This document shows positions 56,130 through 64,000 of a stretch of DNA of 64,000 nt, one piece after another. Below the pieces are notes generated by a model, which saw only the letters and a program-made list of their open reading frames with translations, did no database searches and was not told where the DNA came from. The stretch is from Octopus vulgaris (Eukaryota), in contig OX597835.1 of NCBI GenBank assembly GCA_951406725.2, positions 7,874,001 through 7,938,000 on the forward strand. Direction: 5' to 3'. A program made the translations under genes and the position numbers. How positions within the stretch are numbered: the first letter of the stretch is position 1; each line of letters starts with the position of its first letter.

Positions 56130-57225
56130 ATTGATCAAAGAAATCCCAGAGAGTGTATAGATTTTGTCTTGTCTTCCAGGATCTCCATTAATAGTGTCGC
56201 AAACTTTGGTGAAACTTGTTACCATTACTGTGTCTGATATTTGCAGGTACTATTGGTTATCAAAGTAGTTGTTTTCTAGTACCAGTCGTAGTCCTTCAAG
56301 TGTATATTTTGTTGTGAATCTCTTCTGAATTCTTTGTGAGTAATTCTTTATCCAAAATTCTACGACCTCTAATCCTAATCCATTGGGAATATTTAGGTAG
56401 TGACTGGTTGCATCGAAGTTAACCAGGATCGTTTCTTTATCTGCTTTTTCTTGAATATGGTTCAGGAAGTTCATTTAATCTCTGACGAAACTTGGGACCA
56501 ATCTGCACAAGGTTTTGAAAATTGTCTAGTAAATGCTTAATCGCTGGGTGCTAAATGCTAGTTGGGTTCTAAATTACGCCTTATTTTTGGCCAGATGTTT
56601 TGAGAATTTTCACATAAGTCTCGGGGTCGAGTTGCGCGATTAAAGGCGGTGCTCCAGCATAGCCGCAGTCAAATGACTGAAACAAGTAAAAAGAGTAAAA
56701 AAAGAGAGAGATATGGAACTTGCTGTTACTGATTTCTGTAGATTTATGGATTTTTGTTAGTGCATGAAAGTTACTTGTTTTTACCACAGAATTAGTGAGA
56801 TAAAACCAAATTCTTTATCATTAAGAATTTTTTTTTAGGTTCTCCGTTAATTTACCAATTTTATTCATTGTTCATCTGCATTGGCTTCTAACTTTTTTTT
56901 GTTGAAATATCGGTCATTTAGTTGTTCTAAATTTCCCTGTAATGGGTCTTGTCCATTATTACACTAGCTTCTTTTTCAGCTTCTTTAATAACTGTAGAAG
57001 AATCTTTCTTTACACATTTTCGTGCATCTTTTCTTCATTCGTAATTCTTGTTTTTATATGGTTTCTTGGAATGTTGGAAGCTGCAGATTTTTCCAGACAC
57101 ATTAAGTTTTCCATAAAGTGTTTATTGCTTCTCATTAGAGGTTTAATTCCGATTTTGTTTATCACAAGTGATGGATCTTCGTCGTGTTTCTTTTGGAAGA
57201 CAAATACTCGCAAAGGCAACAATTA
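56130..57225 (-). pseudogene. Penelope-like retroelement RT remnant
   Basis: Ordered motifs RITNEEK, FHALTKIHKS (FYxLPKIHK), ILVNFDATSHYLNIP (LVSFDVxSLYTNIP) and LVLENNYF. Frameshifted, with a SINE C tail inserted at ~56615-56705. Confidence 0.85.
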
Positions 57226-57653
57226 ATACTATGGTATTTCGTGCACTTGGTACAAAACCCAAACTGCTACCTTAAAGCACTTTGTTCCTGTGTCTTACTT
57301 TCCACCCACCCAAAACTGCTGGCTTGTACCAAAATTTGAAATCATTATTATTATTATTGTCGTTATTTTTGTCTCTTTTGTGTTGTTCTTGTTACACTTT
57401 TGCTCAAGTTTAGCTTTGATTTAACAGGATTAAACATATTAAGGCAGGCAGCCTTTTCGTCCTTTTGTACATCTACGACCACACTTATGCACGACTATTC
57501 AATGTGCTATATGGCTTTCAATAAAACAAGGTTTTATTTCAGCCATTTTGATTGTTGTTTCTAACAGGTCATGTGACCATGTAGACGCTGTGTCATTGGC
57601 TCTTAATGTGTCCAGTTGCTATTATTATTGCTCTTATTGCTGATGGTATTTAA

Positions 57654-58072
57654 GGCGGCGAGCTGGCGAAAACGTTAGCACGCCGGGCGAAATGCATAGC
57701 CGTATTTCGTCTGCCGGTACGTTCTGAGTTCAAATTCCGCCGAGGTCGACTTTGCCTTTCATCCTTTCAGGGTCGGTCGATTAATTAAGTACCAGCTACG
57801 CACTAGTGTCGATGTAATCCACTTAATCCATTTGTCTGTCCTTGTTTGTCCCCTCTATGTTTAACCCCTTGTAGGTAATAAAGAAATAGGTATTTCGTCT
57901 GCTGCTACGTTCTGAGTTCAAATTCCGCAGAGGTCGACTTTGCCTTTCATCCTTTCGGGGTCGATAAATTAAGTACCAGTTACGCACTGGTGTCGATGTA
58001 ATCGACTTAATCCGTTTCTCTGTCCTTGTTTGTCCCCTCTGTGTTTAGCCCCTTCTGGGTAGTAAAGAAACA
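57654..58072 (+). mobile_element. SINE family A, tandem dimer
   Basis: Head plus two body units. TSD ggtatttaa. Confidence 0.92.
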
Positions 58073-58464
58073 GGTATTTAAACCCTGCTCAGTGTACATC
58101 AAATAGGCCTATAATCAATGACGTTCCATTCTTGACCACCCACTCATCTTCTATGGATAGCAGACACTACATTGATCAGAGTATTCTTCTTCGTTATTGG
58201 TAGGTTGTCGTTTGATGGTTGCTGGTTAAACAGAATGATTAAAAAGGAAGAAAAAAAAAAAACAGGAGCTGTTGGCAAATATGCCGTTTCCCAGAAGCTG
58301 CTGAACTGGTTTCAATTAGCAAGTGAAGGTCGTATGATTGAGCCATTCTCTGCCATCATGGCACCACTGGCCCACGGCCATCGCTTCGCTTCTGCTGTCT
58401 CACATTTATAAGCAAACAATCGTCACGGCTATAACCACCGACGAAACTGCTGTCATCATGAAAG

Positions 58465-58493
58465 CCAGCAGCAGCAGCAGCAGTAGCAGTACC

Positions 58494-58524
<31 letters not shown>

Positions 58525-58990
58525 CCACATCAACAACAATAATCACCACCGTTACCGCCACCACCTCCACTACTATCACCATCGCAGCATCACCACCACC
58601 TCGACTATCACCACCACCACCACCACAACAGTCATCACCGCCGCCACCACCACCGCCATCACCACCACCATTGCCGCCGCCGCCGCCACCACCACCACCA
58701 CCACCGTCGCCACCACCGCCGTCGCCACCGCCGCCGCCACCTCCGCCTCCGTCACCTCTGCCACCACCGCCGACGCCGCAACCACCGCCGACACCGCAAC
58801 CACCGCCGCCTCTACCGTCTCCGCCACCGCCACTGCCTCCGCCCTCTCCGCCGACTCCACCGCCGCCGCCACCACAACCACCACCGTCGCCGCTGACGAC
58901 GACGCCGCAACCACCACCGCCGCATTCACCACTACTTCCACCATCATTGTCACAATTATTACAACTAATTACCTCTACCACCACAACTGC
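58465..58990. repeat. GC-rich (CCA/CCG)n compound trinucleotide tract
   Basis: Direct reading. It generates the Pro-rich and Gly-rich ORFs. Confidence 0.9.
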
Positions 58991-59449
58991 CAAAACTACA
59001 ACTGTGTCACACAATCTGCGCTTTCTCTTTTCTCTTTTCCTTTTTTTTCATCTCCATGCAACTATTGTCTAAAGAAGATAACAGATGGACATTCCCACTT
59101 TCTGGTAAGTTCTGTCGACGAAGAATCGTTTCAAGAGGCATGGCCTCTTTGAAGAGATTTTCTCTTTAATATCGGTGCCAGTGTACAACTGCAGTAATTA
59201 CCTTAACGCTGGCGCCGTCGCCGCCGCTCTGGTTCTTTCTTTAAACTTACTAAATAATGAGATCGTTCGCAGAAAATAATTATTGCAGGATAAAAATACA
59301 AAAGAGAAGAAGAAACGTCTCGGGAATAATGGTAGGGAACAAAGAGAGACAGAAGCGAGAGACGAAGCTTCATACACAAAGTCACACACACACACACACA
59401 CACACACATGTGTGTATACCTTACGTGTATGTTTGTGTAGATGTATATA

Positions 59450-59496
<47 letters not shown>

Positions 59497-59579
59497 TCAA
59501 ATATATACATATGTCTATATATGTCTATATATATGTATATACACCCACACACACACACATACATACACACACATCTATG

Positions 59580-59611
<32 letters not shown>

Positions 59612-59665
59612 TATTCATATATATACGCATATATATACACTCACACATCTATATATATATGTATA

Positions 59666-59724
<59 letters not shown>

Positions 59725-59908
59725 ATAAATATTAGGGAATAAATCCAAATTTACAGGGAAAAATCAGATTTAGGATTGAATCCAATTTTATAGTAAAATA
59801 TTAAATAATATTAATTAGAGACAAAACCACTATTTTGCAAATCAAACAAAGAAAGACTTAATCCAATACATAACAAAATTTAATATAAATTAAATAAAAT
59901 TAAATTCG

Positions 59909-59954
59909 CCACTACAATTGTTTCGTGTCTCTTCTAAGGACATTCATCAGGTGG
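59909..59954 (-). ncRNA. Minimal type I hammerhead motif (element ~59724-59985 in (TA)n)
   Basis: Minus strand ccac-CTGATGA-atgtc...gacac-GAAA-caatt-GTA-gtgg. Stem I ccac/gtgg, palindromic stem III acaattgt, A-C mismatch at the base of stem II. Confidence 0.75.
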
Positions 59955-59979
59955 ATTTCAGATCTTCTATTCAAATTAA

Positions 59980-60023
<44 letters not shown>

Positions 60024-60047
60024 TATCTATATATATATTCAAATATA

Positions 60048-60101
<54 letters not shown>

Positions 60102-60700
60102 TAACCAGTCTGTTTCATCGATTTTCTTCCTGTTGTCATTGAAAGGAACTACAGAAAGCAAACTGGTTACTATAGCCACACTAATTTTGCGCATGTCACC
60201 TTCCTCCTTCCTCTTCCATATATCTGAGACATGCCTTTCCCATCCTTCGCTTTTCCAAATATCCTGAAGAAGAGAATATAGCCCCGAAATATAGCAACAA
60301 AAGCGTTCCTGCTAAGCCGATTTAGCCTCTTTCATCTTCCCTTGGTGAACCACTTCTAATTTACTAAAGGAACTCTAAGGCTGTTGTAATACTGTTGTAT
60401 TACAACAGTATAGACTTACGTGTATGTGTATATATATATATACATTCGAAGATTAGGCTTGTTAAAATATGTTTGTAACATATTTTAACTTCTAAAGGCA
60501 AATTCACTGCAGTTAACGCGAGGGAAAAGTTCTCTCGTGTGGTAAGAGCTGTAAAAGAAACATATCTGCCCAGTACTTCCCTCTAGCGGAACCCCAAACG
60601 CGCTTCACTTGCTCTTTATAATTCCTTAAGGGCAAGAGAGAATATTTTTCTCCACCACAACTTCAGTGAATTTGCATTGAGCAGTTAAAAATATGTTACA

Positions 60701-60740
<40 letters not shown>

Positions 60741-60818
60741 AAATATATTTTAACCCGCCTAAATTTCGGTTATCCTTAATAAGTGTTTGCTGTTGGTGCT
60801 GATGATATATACACATAA

Positions 60819-60853
<35 letters not shown>

Positions 60854-60897
60854 TGTATGTATGTATGTATGTATGTATGTATGTATGTATATGTATA

Positions 60898-61290
60898 CAT
60901 GGTGCGGCGGTGAACATATTATCGTCTCTAAATTACGCAAGAATGGAAATAACACTGATATCTCATATTAACTAATATATTTACCAAAATTACATAAAAA
61001 TTATCTTGAAATACTAAAGATTAAATTTATTCAGTAACATCGCCATTGGCTTCGACCACGGTCTCCAGATGACTTCAGGATCTCCAGCAACTCTTCTGGG
61101 CGGTCTCCTTGTTTAAGTTGGTGAATGCTGTCAAAAACCTTGCCATCAGTTCATCTTTGGTGTTAGAAGGAGTTTTGTTGGTCTCTCGCACAACTGCACG
61201 CCACACATAATAATCAAGTGGGTTGCAGTCTGGGGAGTTAGTTGGCGAGATGTTAAGGGTGAAAGTGGTCGAAGAAATTGTTCTGACAGC
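60898..61290 (-). mobile_element. Tc1/mariner DD37D (maT)-like transposon right end
   Basis: SPTNSPDCNPLDYYVWRAV...VVEANG on the minus strand (SPDLNPLDY motif). TA-flanked terminus catggtgcggcgg. Confidence 0.75.
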
Positions 61291-62614
61291 CATGACTGGG
61301 TTCTCGTGCCATCGACGGAACGAAATGTTTAAAACAATACGACGAAACAATATCTATGGTAGGATCAGCTGGAATATTAGATATGGTAAAAGTGGAGCCT
61401 CTGACGGCCACGACGACGACGACAAAGGATGAAGATTGTGGAGACAATGGGCGACAGTACTAAGAGGAGTAAAAAGACACAGGAATATGTAACAAAAAAC
61501 AAGAATTCAGAAATGATTAAAATTTGCCCAGAGCAAGAACATTGCGAAGTAATCATATTCGACAATGTGTGTGAGAACGGATGTAAACACACACACACAC
61601 ACATGCATACACACACACACACAAACACACACACATATATGGATACACACACACACGCATATATATATAGCTATATATATATTATATAAATGTATATATA
61701 TTCGTGCTCGCACATGTACACTCGCACATGCACTCACACACACACACACACATACACAGACATGCACACACACTCACACACATACAAACACATAGACACA
61801 CACAAATGCTCGCACGCACGCAAACTCACACACATATACACACATATATGGACACACACACACACATACAAACACATAGACACACACAAATGCTCGCACG
61901 CACACAAACACACACACATATATGGATACACACACACATATATATATAGCTATATATATATTTTATAAATGTATATATACTCGTGCTCGCACATGTACAC
62001 TCGCACATGCACTCGCACACGCACACATACGTACGATCACCCGCGCGCACACAAGCACACACGCAAATTTATGTGTGTGAGTGTAAGAACAACGAGGAAG
62101 AGAATTTAGATTATCCGCACATGGCGAGTTGCAATGCAAAAGAATATATATATAATTAAAGAAGGAAAATTCAAGCAGTTTATATAGTTTCAATATATTT
62201 TAAATGAAAGTGTATTGTGGCTGTCTACCGGTTTTGCTTTCGCTAATCATGACATTGAAATTATTGCGATTTCGTATTTCCTTAGGAAGTTTATAGTAAA
62301 CGTTCTCGTATGGAAGTGTTTGAATGAAGCAACAAGTAGAAAAATCTAAGATGGAGTATAATTGGTGATAGTTATTATTCGGGCCAAGGAAGGTAATTGT
62401 TCATGTTTTCAGTGGGATAAATAAACAACAAAAACTCATCAGTTAAAGTAGTGAGATGAAATATGTACAACGATGGATATATGATCATGAATTAAAATAT
62501 ATACTGATATCAAAGTTGTTTATGCGTTCATATTTAGGCGTCTTCTGTATTTTTCAATAAATAAATTTTCTTTATTTAAACGTTCTTGTACAGAATTTTT
62601 TTCTTTGCACTGAT

Positions 62615-62976
62615 AATTACCGAAAGGCTTTTTTGTTAGTATTCCCCACACATGGATCCTAGAAACACTAGCCATGGACAAGGTGGCACCAATAATCAAA
62701 AATATATAACACAGTCCATGAATAAGTGGCAGACAGTGCTACAACTCTAGACAAAAGAGGGATTCATAAAAACCAAAGCCATTACCATTAGAAGAGGAAT
62801 AATCCAGGGAGACACGCTCTCTCCACTCCTTTTCTATTTGGCACTGACACCTTTATGTGACATTCTAAATAGAACTGGATGTGTTACATGCTAAACAGAA
62901 CTGTTATAGCAAAACAATCAGCTACCTCTTCTATGTGGATGATCTAAAACTGTACGCTACAAATGATAAACAACAT
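62615..62976 (+). pseudogene. R4/Dong-clade non-LTR retrotransposon RT fragment
   Basis: YRKAF..SIPHTWILETL, IRRGIIQGDTLSPLLFYLALTPL and ISYLFYVDDLKLYA. Contains stops and frameshifts. Confidence 0.85.
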
Positions 62977-63026
62977 TAATAATAATGATGATGATGATGA
63001 TGATGATGGTAATAATAATAATAATG

Positions 63027-63706
<680 letters not shown>

Positions 63707-63737
63707 ATATTGATAATATTTAAAAGAAAAATAAATA

Positions 63738-63825
<88 letters not shown>

Positions 63826-63829
63826 GTAA

Positions 63830-64000
63830 TAAAGAATTTGACAAGATCAGTAAATCTAAAGACTTGCTAATAGAAATTGAAAAAATGTGGCATCTCAAGG
63901 CGACTACAGTACAAGTGATTGTAGGATCTCTAGGAATGATAAAAAAGGTACTGAAACCTATTTGAAAATGATACCAGACTTACCATCCTTACAGGAAGAG
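63830..64000 (+). pseudogene. R4/Dong restriction-like endonuclease C-terminal fragment
   Basis: KEFDKISKSKDLLIEIEKMWHLKATTVQVIVGSLGMIKK matches the K..KY..L..EI..MW......P.IVG.LG pattern. Confidence 0.75.

Noticed and set aside
58338-59072. Extensin- or formin-like Pro-rich protein
   Set aside because: It is a low-complexity trinucleotide tract open on both strands, with no domain or clear splice context.
60260-60300. Possible hammerhead (ctgaagaagagaatatagccccgaaatatagc)
   Set aside because: Stem II is weak and there is no clear NUH with a matching stem I.

Overview
AT-rich, repeat-dense animal genomic DNA with no confident host gene. The SINE families, as I recall them, and the heavy (TA)n/(CTAT)n/(AAT)n load point to a cephalopod, probably Octopus (inference, not searched). 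Almost all ORFs in the supplied track are microsatellite artefacts. The window holds three tRNA-derived SINE families, five ~390-400 bp non-autonomous Helitrons, remnants of Tc1/mariner, DD37D-like, pogo-MITE, hAT, RTE, R4/Dong and Penelope elements, and a 15-copy 103-bp tandem array. The standout is a 491-bp head-to-tail element at 39374-40410. Each unit carries a type I hammerhead ribozyme with all conserved core nucleotides and is extensively base-paired with strand-specific G-U pairs, making it a retrozyme or viroid-like circular RNA candidate. Seven further hammerhead motifs from about six other short Penelope-type families sit in microsatellites across the window.
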